The notes beneath the pieces were generated by a model. That model ran no database searches and had not been told where the DNA came from. It was given only the letters and a program-made list of their open reading frames with translations. This document shows, piece by piece, positions 1-31,398 of a DNA stretch of 64,000 bases. The stretch spans positions 15,934,001-15,998,000 of the forward strand of contig OZ024762.1 in the NCBI GenBank assembly GCA_964016885.1, read 5' to 3'. Origin of the DNA: Eledone cirrhosa. Lineage: Eukaryota. Within the stretch, counting starts at the first letter, position 1, and every line of letters begins with the position of its first letter. The translations under genes were made by a program, and so were the position numbers.

Positions 1-74
1 AAATTTAACAAATTTTTCTCTCATGTTTCTCTAAATGAGGAGCTACTTTATGACTTCTGTCATCTGGGTGGCCT

Positions 75-3000
75 AATTAGTAGTGTTAGTAGTGGTAGTG
101 GTGTTGGTGGTGGTAGTAGTGGTAGTGTTGGTTGTGGTCATGGTGGTGGTAGTAGTGTTAGTAGTGGTAGTGGTGTTGGTGGTGGTAGTAGTGGTAGTGT
201 TGGTTGTGGTCATGGTGGTGGTAGTAGTGTTAGTAGTGGTAGTGGTGTTGGTGGTGGTAGTGTTGGTTGTGGTCATGGTGGTGGTAGTAGTGTTAGTAGT
301 GGTAGTGGTGTTGGTGGTGGTAGTAGTGTTAGTAGTTGTAGTGTTGGTTGTGGTCATGGTGGTGGTAGTAGTGGTAGTAGTGGTAGTGTTGGTTGTGGTC
401 ATGGTGGTGGTAGTAGTGTTAGTAGTGGTAGTGGTGTTGGTGGTGGTAGTAGTGGTAGTGTTGGTTGTGGTCATGGTGGTGGTAGTAGTGTTAGTAGTGG
501 TAGTGGTGTTGGTGGTGGTAGTGTTGGTTGTGGTCATGGTGGTGGTAGTAGTGGTAGTAGTGGTAGTGGTGTTGGTGGTGGTAGTAGTGTTAGTAGTTGT
601 AGTGTTGGTTGTGGTCATGGTGGTGGTAGTAGTGGTAGTAGTGGTAGTGTTGGTTATGGTCATGGTGGTGGTAGTAGTGTTAGTAGTGGTAGTGTTGGTT
701 GTGGTCATGGTGGTGGTAGTAGTGTTAGTGTTGGTTGTGGTCATGGTGGTGGTAGTAGTGTTAGTAGTGGTAGTGGTGTTGGTGGTGGTAGTGTTGGTTG
801 TGGTCATGGTGGTGGTAGTAGTGTTAGTAGTGGTAGTGGTGTTGGTGGTGGTAGTAGTGTTAGTAGTTGTAGTGTTGGTTGTGGTCATGGTGGTGGTAGT
901 AGTGTTAGTAGTGGTAGTAGTGTTAGTGTTGGTTGTGGTCATGGTGGTGGTAGTAGTGTTAGTAGTGGTAGTGTTGGTTGTGGTCATGGTGGTGGTAGTA
1001 GTGTTAGTGTTGGTTGTGGTCATGGTGGTGGTAGTAGTGTTAGTAGTGGTAGTGGTGTTGGTGGTGGTAGTGTTGGTTGTGGTCATGGTGGTGGTAGTAG
1101 TGTTAGTAGTGGTAGTAGTGTTAGTGTTGGTTGTGGTCATGGTGGTGGTAGTAGTGTTAGTAGTGGTAGTGGTGTTGGTGGTGGTAGTAGTGTTAGTAGT
1201 TGTAGTGTTGGTTGTGGTCATGGTGGTGGTAGTAGTGTTAGTAGTGGTAGTAGTGTTAGTGTTGGTTGTGGTCATGGTGGTGGTAGTAGTGTTAGTAGTG
1301 GTAGTAGTGTTAGTGTTGGTTGTGGTCATGGTGGTGGTAGTAGTGTTAGTAGTGGTAGTGGTGTTGGTGGTGGTAGTAGTGTTAGTAGTTGTAGTGTTGG
1401 TTGTGGTCATGGTGGTGGTAGTAGTGTTAGTAGTGGTAGTAGTGTTAGTGTTGGTTGTGGTCATGGTGGTGGTAGTAGTGTTAGTAGTGGTAGTAGTGTT
1501 AGTGTTGGTTGTGGTCATGGTGGTGGTAGTAGTGTTAGTAGTGGTAGTAGTGTTAGTGTTGGTTGTGGTCATGGTGGTGGTAGTAGTGTTAGTAGTGGTA
1601 GTAGTGTTAGTGTTCGTTGTGGTCATGGTGGTGGTAGTAGTGTTAGTAGTGGTAGTAGTGTTAGTGTTGGTTGTGGTCATGGTGGTGGTAGTAGTGTTAG
1701 TAGTGGTAGTGGTGTTGGTGGTGGTAGTAGTGTTAGTAGTTGTAGTGTTGGTTGTGGTCATGGTGGTGGTAGTAGTGTTAGTAGTGGTAGTAGTGTTAGT
1801 GTTGGTTGTGGTCATGGTGGTGGTAGTAGTGTTAGTAGTGGTAGTAGTGTTAGTGTTGGTTGTGGTCATGGTGGTGGTAGTAGTGTTAGTAGTGGTAGTA
1901 GTGTTAGTGTTGGTTGTGGTCATGGTGGTGGTAGTAGTGTTAGTAGTGGTAGTGGTGTTGGTGGTGGTAGTAGTGTTAGTAGTTGTAGTGTTGGTTGTGG
2001 TCATGGTGGTGGTAGTAGTGTTAGTAGTGGTAGTAGTGTTAGTGTTGGTTGTGGTCATGGTGGTGGTAGTAGTGTTAGTAGTGGTAGTAGTGTTAGTGTT
2101 GGTTGTGGTCATGGTGGTGGTAGTAGTGTTAGTAGTGGTAGTAGTGTTAGTGTTGGTTGTGGTCATGGTGGTGGTAGTAGTGTTAGTAGTGGTAGTGGTG
2201 TTGGTGGTGGTAGTAGTGTTAGTAGTTGTAGTGTTGGTTGTGGTCATGGTGGTGGTAGTAGTGTTAGTAGTGGTAGTAGTGTTAGTGTTGGTTGTGGTCA
2301 TGGTGGTGGTAGTAGTGTTAGTAGTGGTAGTAGTGTTAGTGTTGGTTGTGGTCATGGTGGTGGTAGTAGTGTTAGTAGTGGTAGTGGTGTTGGTGGTGGT
2401 AGTAGTGTTAGTAGTTGTAGTGTTGGTTGTGGTCATGGTGGTGGTAGTAGTGTTAGTAGTGGTAGTAGTGTTAGTGTTGGTTGTGGTCATGGTGGTGGTA
2501 GTAGTGTTAGTAGTGGTAGTAGTGTTAGTGTTGGTTGTGGTCATGGTGGTGGTAGTAGTGTTAGTGTTGGTTGTGGTCATGGTGGTGGTAGTAGTGTTAG
2601 TAGTGGTAGTAGTGTTAGTGTTGGTTGTGGTCATGGTGGTGGTAGTAGTGTTAGTAGTGGTAGTAGTGTTAGTGTTGGTTGTGGTCATGGTGGTGGTAGT
2701 AGTGTTAGTAGTGGTAGTGTTGGTTGTGGTCATGGTGGTGGTAGTAGTGTTAGTAGTGGTAGTGGTGTTGGTGGTGGTAGTAGTGTTAGTAGTGGTAGTG
2801 TTGGTTGTGGTCATGGTGGTGGTAGTAGTGGTAGTGTTGGTTGTGGTCATGGTGGTGGTAGTAGTGTTAGTAGTGGTAGTAGTGTTAGTAGTGGTAGTAG
2901 TGTTAGTAGTGGTAGTGTTGGTTGTGGTCATGGTGGTGGTAGTAGTGGTAGTAGTAGTAGTGTTGGTTGTGGTCATGGTGGTGGTAGTAGTGGTAGTAGT

Positions 3001-5790
3001 AGTAGTGTTGGTTGTGGTCATGGTGGTAGTAGTGGTAGTGTTGGTTGTGGTCATGGTGGTAGTAGTGTTAGTAGTGGTAGTGTTGGTTGTGGTCATGGTG
3101 GTGGTAGTAGTGGTAGTAGTAGTAGTGTTGGTTGTGGTCATGGTGGTAGTAGTGTTAGTAGTGGTAGTGTTGGTTGTGGTCATGGTGGTAGTAGTGGTAG
3201 TAGTGGTAGTGTTGGTTGTGGTCATGGTGGTAGTAGTGGTAGTAGTGGTAGTGTTGGTTGTGGTCATGGTGGTAGTAGTGTTAGTAGTGGTAGTGTTGGT
3301 TGTGGTCATGGTGGTGGTAGTAGTGGTAGTAGTGGTAGTGTTTGTGGTCATGGTGGTAGTAGTGGTAGTAGTGGTAGTGTTGGTTGTGGTCATGGTGGTA
3401 GTAGTGTTAGTAGTGGTAGTGTTGGTTGTGGTCATGGTGGTAGTAGTGGTAGTAGTGGTAGTGTTGGTTGTGGTCATGGTGGTAGTAGTGTTAGTAGTGG
3501 TAGTGTTGGTTGTGGTCATGGTGGTGGTAGTAGTGGTAGTAGTGGTAGTGTTGGTTGTGGTAGTAGTGGTGTTAGTAGTGGTAGTGTTGGTTGTGGTCAT
3601 GGTGGTAGTAGTGTTAGTAGTGGTAGTGTTGGTTGTGGTAGTAGTGGTGTTAGTAGTGGTAGTGTTGGTTGTGGTCATGGTGGTAGTAGTGTTAGTAGTG
3701 GTAGTGTTGGTTGTGGTAGTAGTGGTGTTAGTAGTAGTAGTGTTGGTTGTGGTCATGGTGGTAGTAGTGTTAGTAGTGGTAGTGTTGGTTGTGGTAGTAG
3801 TGGTGTTAGTAGTGGTAGTGTTGGTTGTGGTCATGGTGGTAGTAGTGTTAGTAGTGGTAGTGTTGGTTGTGGTCATGGTGGTAGTAGTGGTGTTAGTAGT
3901 GGTAGTGTTGGTTGTGGTCATGGTGGTAGTAGTGTTAGTAGTGGTAGTGTTGGTTGTGGTCATGGTGGTAGTAGTGGTGTTAGTAGTGGTAGTGTTGGTT
4001 GTGGTCATGGTGGTAGTAGTGGTGTTAGTAGTGGTAGTAGTGTTAATAGTGGTAGTGTTGGTTGTGGTCATGGTGGTGGTAGTGTTAGTAGTGGTAGTGT
4101 TGGTTGTGGTCATGGTGGTAGTAGTGGTGTTAGTAGTGGTAGTAGTGTTAGTAGTGGTAGTGTTGGTTGTGGTCATGGTGGTGGTAGTAGTGTTAGTAGT
4201 GGTAGTGTTGGTTGTGGTCATGGTGGTAGTAGTGGTGTTAGTAGTGGTAGTAGTGTTAGTAGTGGTAGTGTTGGTTGTGGTCATGGTGGTGGTAGTAGTG
4301 GTAGTAGTAGTAGTGTTGGTTGTGGTCATGGTGGTGGTAGTAGTGTTAGTAGTGGTAGTGTTGGTTGTGGTCATGGTGGTGGTAGTGGTAGTGTTGGTTG
4401 TGGTCATGGTGGTAGTAGTGTTAGTAGTGGTAGTGTTGGTTGTGGTCATGGTGGTAGTAGTAGTGTTAGTAATGGTAGTGTTGGTTGTGGTAGTAGTGGT
4501 GTTAGTAGTGGTAGTAGTGTTAGTAGTGGTAGTGTTGGTTGTGGTCATGGTGGTGGTAGTAGTGTTAGTAGTGGTAGTGTTGGTTGTGGTCATGGTGGTG
4601 GTAGTGGTAGTAGTGGTAGTGTTGGTTGTGGTCATGGTGGTAGTAGTGGTAGTAGTGGAAGTGTTGGTTGTGGTCATGGTGGTAGTAGTGTTAGTAGTGG
4701 TAGTGTTGGTTGTGGTAGTAGTGGTGTTAGTAGTGGTAGTGTTGGTTGTGGTCATGGTGGTGGTAGTGGTAGTAGTGGAAGTGTTGGTTGTGGTCATGGT
4801 GGTAGTAGTAGTGTTAGTAATGGTAGTGTTGGTTGTGGTAGTAGTGGTGTTAGTAGTGGTAGTGTTGGTTGTGGTCATGGTGGTAGTAGTGTTAGTAGTG
4901 GTAGTGTTGGTTGTGGTCATGGTGGTAGTAGTGTTAGTAGTGATAGTGTTGGTTCTGGTCATGGTGGTAATAGTGTTAGTAGTGGTAGTGTTGGTTGTGG
5001 TCATGGTGGTAGTAGTGTTAGTAGTGGTAGTGTTGGTTGTGGTCATGGTGGTAGTAGTGGTAGTAGTGGTAGTGTTGGTTGTGGTCATGGTGGTAGTAGT
5101 GTTAGTAGTGATAGTGTTGGTTGTGGTCATGGTGGTGGTAGTGTTAGTAGTGGTAGTAGTGTTAGTAGTGGTAGTGTTGGTTGTGGTCATGGTGGTAATA
5201 GTGTTAGTAGTGGTAGTAGTGGTAGTGTTGGTTGTGGTCATGGTGGTGGTAGTAGTGTTAGTAGTGATAGTGTTGGTTGTGGTCATGGTGGTGGTAGTGG
5301 TAGTAGTGGTATTGTTTGTGGTCATGGTGGTGACCACCACCACCACCAACCCCACCACCACCACCATTATCATCATCACCACTGCCACCACCACCACCAC
5401 CACCCCCAACCCCACCACCACCATCACCATCATCATCATCATCACCACCACCAACCCCACAACCACCACCACTGCCACCACCACCACCACCACCACCACC
5501 ACCAACACCATCATCATGATCATTGTTCTTTTAAGACAATCTGTATTCTGTATATTCACCACCAACACCACCACCACCACCAACCCCACCACCACCACCA
5601 CCATCATCATCATCACCACCACCAACCCCACCACCAACACCACCACCACCATCGCCACCACTACCACCACCACCAACACCACCACCATCATCATCATCAT
5701 TGTCTTTTTAAGACAATCTGTATTCTGTATATTCACCACCACCAACACCACCACCACCACCACCACCACCACCACCACCACCACCATTTA
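75..5790. repeat. 5.3-kb trinucleotide-frame satellite (GTG/GTA/GTT with GGTCATGG marker) followed by a (CAC/CAT) tract
   Basis: Direct inspection; source of the poly-V and poly-T ORFs. Confidence 0.95.
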
Positions 5791-6349
5791 CATTACTAAT
5801 TATTTACTATTGTATTTTCAGAGAAAAAGCTTTACTTCACATAAATATCTCACATAATATCAAGTCAATGAGATTTTGTTAGTATTTATTTTGAGACCAA
5901 TACCTTAAAGTTAGTATGAGGGGCCAGTTATGGCCAGTTTGAACAGAAAACGGTTAGAGAATTCTGGCCAGATATGGCTGGTTCAAATGCTAAAGGGTCT
6001 GTATTCTGTATATTCCCCACCACCATCATCATCATCATCATTGTATTTTAAGTCTCTATTCGGTATATTCACCATCATCATCAATGTCTCCAAATAATCT
6101 TTTATTTATTTCGAATATTTTATCAAACATCTTTATCAACATGTGTCGGTTCCCAGCAGATTTGATTTTTGTTTTTAAAATGAAATTTTGAATAATATAT
6201 AAGAGGAGATATTAAATTATAGATTTATAGAGCTATGAGCTGAAGAAGGACCAAGTTGTTCTCCAGTGTATAGTAAGTGAAGTATTTTTTAACTGATTTA
6301 GATACCAACTCACCTGAAACTGCTCTTCATTCTATGATACTAAAAACTG

Positions 6350-7232
6350 TTTATTTAAAAACTGAGCATGTCTGTCTGTGTGTGTCTGTGAGTTTGAATC
6401 CCTAAAACCCGAGAAGTACCCAACCGATTTTTTTCAAACTTTACATGTGTATTACTTATGTTTCAGGGAGTGTTATGCACATAAAAAAATTCAACTTTTT
6501 GATCCCCTAGAGCCCGCATTAGGTGAAAAACTGCGTTTTTTCAGCTTTTTAGGGGTTTTTTGAGGTGTTACGTCAGACCGATTTCCTTCAAATTGTAACT
6601 ATGTATTAGTCAGTCTCTTCTTCATACCGTGAGCAAAGAAAATCCAACTTTTTTATGGCCTAGGGCCCACATTAGGGGAAAACTTCATTTTTTTTAGCTT
6701 TTTAGGGCTTTTTTGAGGCGTTACGTCTAGCCGATTTTCCCGAAATTTCAAGGAATATTATGCACATAAAAAAAATTCATTTTCTTGATCCCCTAGGGCC
6801 CGCATTAGGTGAAAACCTGCATTTTTCCTGCTTCATCGAGGAAAATCTTAAAGATTATCCAGCCATCAAAGTATTCGGTTTATTTTCTTTACATATTGTC
6901 CAGGCATGCAGTTTTTCAAACGATAAGGTCTGTTGGCGGCCCGCGTTCCAAAATACTTTATCCCGTGCAACGCCGGGTACCACTGCTAGTATTTATATAA
7001 AAACGAAAATGTCTGTCTGTATGCAGTCGATGCATTTTCACAGTTTCCATCCGATTTTGTTCAAATTTGATACATAGGTTATTTAGCCCCCGGAGCTTGT
7101 CAACATATAGGTTAAATCTTGTTCTCCCCTAAAAGTTCTGGGGCTATTTAAAGACAGCCATGTTGAGGAGAGAGGGAGTATTTATTTACAGTGGCAAAAG
7201 GTGTGTCTGGCAACAAGAGGCTCTTTTGCTAG
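6350..7232 (+). mobile_element. Two tandem non-autonomous Helitron-like elements
   Basis: 3' hairpin CCCGtgcaacgcCGGG then CTAG|T at 6986-6990; second unit ends CTAG|T at 7229-7233; both start with an AT-rich head and (GTCT)n. Confidence 0.6.
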
Positions 7233-7635
7233 TATTTATATAAAAACCCTTCCATCACAATTTTATATAAGAACATTGTGGTCAAAACACCAGCTTCGCC
7301 CTTTTGATATGAAACCACCTGAAACTTGCCCTGGTCCTCTTACAAGAAGATTTATTTTGAAGTTAGCAATCTAATGAACTTTCTAATTATTAAATTACTA
7401 TTTGGAGCATAACTTAAAAAGGGTTCTTACGTGAAATCATTATGGAAGGATTTCTAAATATATATCTGGTCCATCAATTTGATGTCTCTATAGTTTCTTC
7501 TATCTAGTGCATCTCCTTTACCCTTGTAGCAGTTGACAATGATGCTGCTGTGCCAATCATTCGGTATGACACCATTTAGTATTACTTGGTTTACAATACC
7601 TATCTCCAATGGACTGGCTGCTTTCCTGGCATGTC

Positions 7636-7975
7636 ATCCTCATCATTTCATTTTACGTCCACTTTTTCCCTGCTGGCAAGGGTGGGACGGGAACTGATTC
7701 TGGCTTGATTTCTACATCTGGATGCCCTTCCTAACACCAACCTCATTTACAGTGAGTGCTGGGTGCTTTTTTGTCGTGGCACCTCCACGACCACTTTGCA
7801 GTGGAATGATATGGACCCCAGTCCCTATCATCTCATTTCTACAGCTGAGTAAACTGGAGCAATGTGAAATAAAGTGTCTTGCTCAAGGAAACAAACACAT
7901 CACCCGGTCTGAGAATTGAACTCACAACCTTTCGATTGTAAGGCCAATGCTCTAACCACTAAGCCATGTGCCTCC
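7636..7975 (-). mobile_element. tRNA-derived SINE family A with RTE-type 3' tail
   Basis: A/B-box head TGGCTTAGTGG / GTTCAATTC, CCTTGAGCAAGACACTT core; tail shares GTTAGGAAGGGCATCCAG with the RTE 3' UTR. Confidence 0.85.
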
Positions 7976-8151
7976 ATATATATATATACCCATGCTAGCA
8001 TGGAAGATAGACGTTAAACGATGATGATGATGATGATATATATATATATATATATATATACAAATGCAACATATTAAATGTTATAACTATGTACTTCTCA
8101 ATGAATTAGCTCAATAGACAATATCCACACCAATATTAAGTTAAAAGTAGA

Positions 8152-8185
<34 letters not shown>

Positions 8186-8699
8186 TTAATTATACTATTT
8201 TCAAATCCCGCCGAGGTTAACTTTGCCTTTCATCCTTACGGGGTCGATAAAATAAAGTACCAGTAATGCACTGGGTAATTGCTGGCCTTGTGCCTAAAGT
8301 AGAAACAATTAATTATACTATTTATGGTTATGTAAATACAAAAACCTTATGCAGTTATATGTATTTGTAATGCTTATATCATTTCTCCACACACAGACTA
8401 TATCAATCATATAAAGAATTTGCCACCAGATCAACCAACCTAACACTCTTGTTTACCTACCTAAGTGCCTCTACTACACGTATCTCTCTGCCACACTATA
8501 TAAACAAGACGCACGTGCTTGCCACACATATAACATTTGCACTATATAACCGCTTATCTTCATGCTGTATTTTAACCTGTATTTTTGATTTTTGATTGTA
8601 CCTTTTAATATGAATGTAATCTCGAAGTGTGTACTGCCACTCTAAATTCTGTAATGAATGTTGACCCACAATATTTGCATATGTATCGGTATGTCTCTT

Positions 8700-8787
8700 G
8701 GCTGAAAAGGAGGTCATATAACTGTCCATTCATTAATAAATTGCTCCGAAGAATCCAAACCTCGGTTTGGAGGAAACAGCTGTAAGT
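8700..8787 (+). promoter_or_regulatory. Possible chitinase promoter and non-coding first exon
   Basis: Coding exon 1 has an acceptor just before the ATG, so an upstream exon is expected; this unique patch has a TATA-like CATATAA (~8715) and a consensus donor gtaagt at 8782. Confidence 0.3.
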
Positions 8788-9422
8788 TCTTTGATTCTTA
8801 TATTTCATATATATATAAACGGAAAAAATAAAACAAAATTTCATTTCTCACTCTTAGTACGGCTGTTACTTAAATATAAGTATGTATATGTACATACATA
8901 TATGTATACAGACGTACAGTAGTATGTATATATATATACATACATGCACACATATATATATGTACGTATGGATTCACCAAACATTTATTATAATGCTCGG
9001 TGTGTTTGTAAACAATGAATTCGTGAATCCATACGTACATATATATAATAATAATAATAATAATAATATTATTGTGTACAGTGCTCAGGTGCACTACAAC
9101 TCATCAAAGGTGCATGTATAGTACATAGAATAATGTACAAATGTCAGGAAAATAAACAGTGTATGAGTCATGATATAATAACAATAACGAAATATTGTGC
9201 ACAGTGCCCAGGTACACCACAACTCATCAAAAAAAGTGCATGTACAGTACATAGGGCAATGCACAAACATCAGTAAAATGAACAGTGCACGAGTCATGAT
9301 ACACACATGTGTGCATGTGTATGGAAGGGGTACATCAGGTGTAGTTTGTGCGCATGTATGTATATATATATATATACATACTACTGTACGTCTGTATACA
9401 TATATGTATGTACGTATACATA

Positions 9423-9506
<84 letters not shown>

Positions 9507-9716
9507 CATATATACAGAGAAGACACAGTATATTGTATATATACTAAATATATATTAGAGAGAAGAACATTCATTCTATACGAATGAAACAGTTCTAGTC
9601 CTGTAGAAACTATTTCTATATTTAAGTATATAATAGTCTGCTATGTATTGAGTACCTCACTTACTGGGGTTACCCACCTATTGAACCTGGGATAGACATA
9701 TATATATATATATATA

Positions 9717-11220
9717 CATCATCATCATCATCATCATCATCGTTTAACGTCCATATTCCACGCTTGCATGGGTTTGGACGGGAGTTTTCCCACTTGAGGC
9801 AAGAGTGATTGTCCTGCTCGTATAGGACTGTCTGGCGGGTTTTCTACGGCTGGATGCCCTTCCTAACACCAACCACGTTTACAGTGTGAAACTGGGAGGT
9901 TTTTACCATGTTACCTACACGGCCACATTACAGCGTGGACTGTGTGTTTTTTTGTCGTGACACCTACACGTCTGGCGGGTTTTCTACGGCTGGATGCCCT
10001 TCCTAACACCAACCACGTTTACAGTGTGAAACTGGGAGGTTTTTACCATGTTACCTACACGGCCACATTACAGCGTAGACTGTGTGTTTTTTTGTCGTGA
10101 CACCTACACGTCTGGCGGGTTTTCTACGACTGGATGCCCTTCCTAACACCAACCACGTTTACAGTGTGGAACTGGGAGGTTTTTACCGTGTTACCTACAC
10201 GGCCACATTACAGCGTAGACTGTGTGTTTTTTTGTCGTGACACCTACACGTCTGGCGGGTTTTCTACGGCTGGATGCCCTTCCTAACACCAACCACGTTT
10301 ACAGTGTGGAACTGGGAGGTTTTTACCGTGTTACCTACACGGCCACATTACAGCGTAGACTGTGTGTTTTTTTGTCGTGACACCTACACGTCTGGCGGGT
10401 TTTCTACGACTGGATGCCCTTCCTAACACCAACCACGTTTACAGTGTGGAACTGGGAGGTTTTTATCGTGTTGCCTACACGGCCACATTACAGCGTGGAC
10501 TGTGTGTTTTTTTGTGTTTGTTTTGTTTGATGTTTTTTGGGTTTGTTGTGTTTATGTTGTGTTTGTTTTTGATTAGTTAGTATTGTTGTGTTGTTTTATT
10601 TGGGGTTTTTGGTTTGTGAGGGGACACCTACACGTCTGGCGGGTTTTCTACGGCTGGATGCCCTTCCTAACACCAACCAACGTTTACAGTGTGAAACTGG
10701 AGGTTTTTACCGTGTTACCTACACGGCCACATTACAGCGTAGACTGTGTGTTTTTTTGTCGTGACACCTACACGTCTGGCGGGTTTTCTACGGCTGGATG
10801 CCCTTCCTAACACCAACCACGTTTACAGTGTGAAACTGGGAGGTTTTTACCGTGTTACCTACACGGCCACATTACAGCGTAGACTGTGTGTTTTTTTGTC
10901 GTGACACCTACACGTCTGGCGGGTTTTCTACGGCTGGATGCCCTTCCTAACACCAACCACGTTTACAGTGTGGAACTGGGAGGTTTTTACCGTGTTACCT
11001 ACACGGCCACATTACAGCGTGGACTGTGTGTTTCTTTGTCGTGACACCTACACGACCTCATTTGTTTCGGGCTGGATGTTGTGGTACCAACATAACTTTA
11101 CATTGAAAAGGGGGTGGTGTGGATGGGGTGGGGGTGGTGGGACGGGGGTGTATTTTGTTAGAGGTGCCTACTGACTGTAGTAGGTTTCACTTTGTACTTA
11201 GGTAAGGTGGGTCTTCTCTA
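9717..11220 (-). mobile_element. 5'-truncated RTE 3' UTR with an internal 140-bp tandem array (~8 copies)
   Basis: Matches 56458-56872; period 140 (9961, 10101, 10241, 10381). Confidence 0.88.
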
Positions 11221-11266
11221 CATATATATACATATATATTGCAAACTTGACTGTCACCACTGAATA

Positions 11267-11305
11267 TGAACCTGAAGATTGTGAAAGCATGAAAGTACTT
11301 GTTCA
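11267..11305 (+). ncRNA. Minimal hammerhead motif, weak stem II
   Basis: TGAAC-CTGAAGA-tTGTgaaaGCAt-GAAA-GTAC-TT-GTTCA; palindromic stem III AAGTACTT. Confidence 0.55.
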
Positions 11306-11469
11306 ATTAACATTTAATATCCTACCATACTATTTCATTATAATATCATTATAATTTTAAAGGATTGTAAATAAAACAAATAAATCAGACAAAGTTGGAA
11401 TTCCTTTTATTAATATAACCGCTGGACGTTAAACAATGATGATGATGATGATGATGATGATGATCCACA

Positions 11470-11661
11470 AGGGCGGTGGATTGGCAGTATCGGTAGAGGG
11501 TCGGACACCATGCTTTCCAGCATAGTTACGTCCCTTTACAGTCTGAGTTCAAATCCCGCCAATGTTAACTTTGCCTTTCATCCTTACGGGGTCGATAAAA
11601 TAAAGTACCAGTAATGCTCTGGGATAATTGCTGGCCTTGTGCCAAAAGTAGAAACAATTAA
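11470..11661 (+). mobile_element. SINE family B copy (about 19 further + strand copies or fragments in the window)
   Basis: Others near 8200, 15850, 16490, 21263, 23505, 23660, 24115, 24195, 24613, 25090, 41455, 41628, 41840, 55270, 55645, 55845, 55965, 56176. Confidence 0.85.
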
Positions 11662-11837
11662 TATATATATATATATATATACATATATATTCAGCTGTAG
11701 AAATCAAGCCAAAATCAGTTCCTGTATGAGAAAGGCATGGTCAGCCGACAAGACACTGCCCACAACAGGACAACCCGTCTAACCCCTGCTAGCATGGAAG
11801 AACGGGCGTAAAACGGTGATGATGATGATGATATATG

Positions 11838-11873
<36 letters not shown>

Positions 11874-11996
11874 GAGAGAGAGATTGTTTTATATGTTCAA
11901 GTTAACTACAGACTGTTCTTATGTAAAGAAGTAAAAAGGTTTAAAGATATTTAATGTCTTTAATGTCTTTATTTTATTTTATTACAGAACCAAACA

Positions 11997-30183
<18,187 letters not shown>

Positions 30184-30288
30184 GTAATATTTTGAATTAA
30201 AAGAAGTTTTTGAAAAAATGTTTTTTGTTTGTTTGTTGTCTTTTTAAATACATTATATATATATCATTTATATATATATATATATATA

Positions 30289-30583
30289 TATTGTTATACT
30301 TGGGGAGGGTCATATTTGTGTAATAATATTGCCAGAAATAATAACAGAACACACTCACTGTTTGGTTGGTTTTCGCTTCTGTGTCTTTTATATCGGTTAA
30401 TTTAATTTATTCGGTCCTCAATGTTACCATTGACTGACCAACGGTCAAAAGTACAGATATAATATAGACACAAACACATATATATAGTCTAACAAAGTTC
30501 TTTCGTTGCACATCTGCAACATCATCAGTGGTGCTATTATGTTTCCTCCTGTTGTATTGTATTTTCTACGCCATCTTTATTTA
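30289..30583 (-). mobile_element. Same hammerhead-bearing repeat, copy A (inverted)
   Basis: Reverse complement of 31101-31398; core CTGATGA...GAAA at 30493-30531. Confidence 0.65.
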
Positions 30584-30640
30584 GTCTGTTTCGACACACG
30601 ATTTCATATGAAAAACCTCGCAAAACTAATTCATTGCCGT

Positions 30641-30679
<39 letters not shown>

Positions 30680-31100
30680 ATGTATGACCCCGATGGCAGA
30701 GCTCAAGCCGTTTCGACAGCTATTTCTGGACAGAAATAGCCGTCGAAATGGCTTAAGCTCTGCCGTCGGGGTCATACATTTTCCTATTAGTCACTCTACT
30801 ACCCTAAGTATTGAGTACTCTGGTGCGTTATGGTCCATCTGGTTCCTTACCACAACTCCTTCGTTATATATATATATATATACAGGGTGCTTCAAAAAAT
30901 TTGATATCAATGTCCTGTTCCCAAGGTTATCACATTGAAATATATATTGTGAATTAATGTTATAACGTGGACATGTTTTGAGGAATAAATCTTGTGTTAC
31001 TCAACATGGAGCCTGCTTAGTCTCGTTGTCCTAGACCTTATAGTTTCTGGAATATTTACATCTCAAATGATATTAATTTTTTTGAAAATATATATATATA

Positions 31101-31398
31101 TAAATAAAGATGGTGTAGAAAATACAATGCAATGGGAGGAAACAATAGCACCACTGACGATGTTGCAGATGTGCAACGAAAGAACTTTGATAAACTATAT
31201 ATATGTGTTTGTGTCTATATAGTATCTGTATTTTTGACCGTTGGTCAGTCAATGGCAACATTGAGGACCGAATAAATTAAATTACCGATATAAAAGACAC
31301 AGAAGCGAAAAGCGAAAACCAACCAAACAGTGAGTTGTTCTGTTATTAATTCTGGCAATATTATTACAACAATATGACCCTCCCCAAGTATAACAATA
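31101..31398 (+). mobile_element. ~295-bp hammerhead-bearing repeat (Penelope/retrozyme-like), copy B
   Basis: CTGACGA-T-GTTGCA gatg TGCAAC-GAAA-GAAC-TT at 31154-31187; homologous to 30289-30583 and 39555-39767. Confidence 0.65.

Noticed and set aside
73-5857. 1904-aa and 1924-aa ORFs
   Set aside because: Poly-T/poly-V translations of a triplet satellite; no domain or gene context
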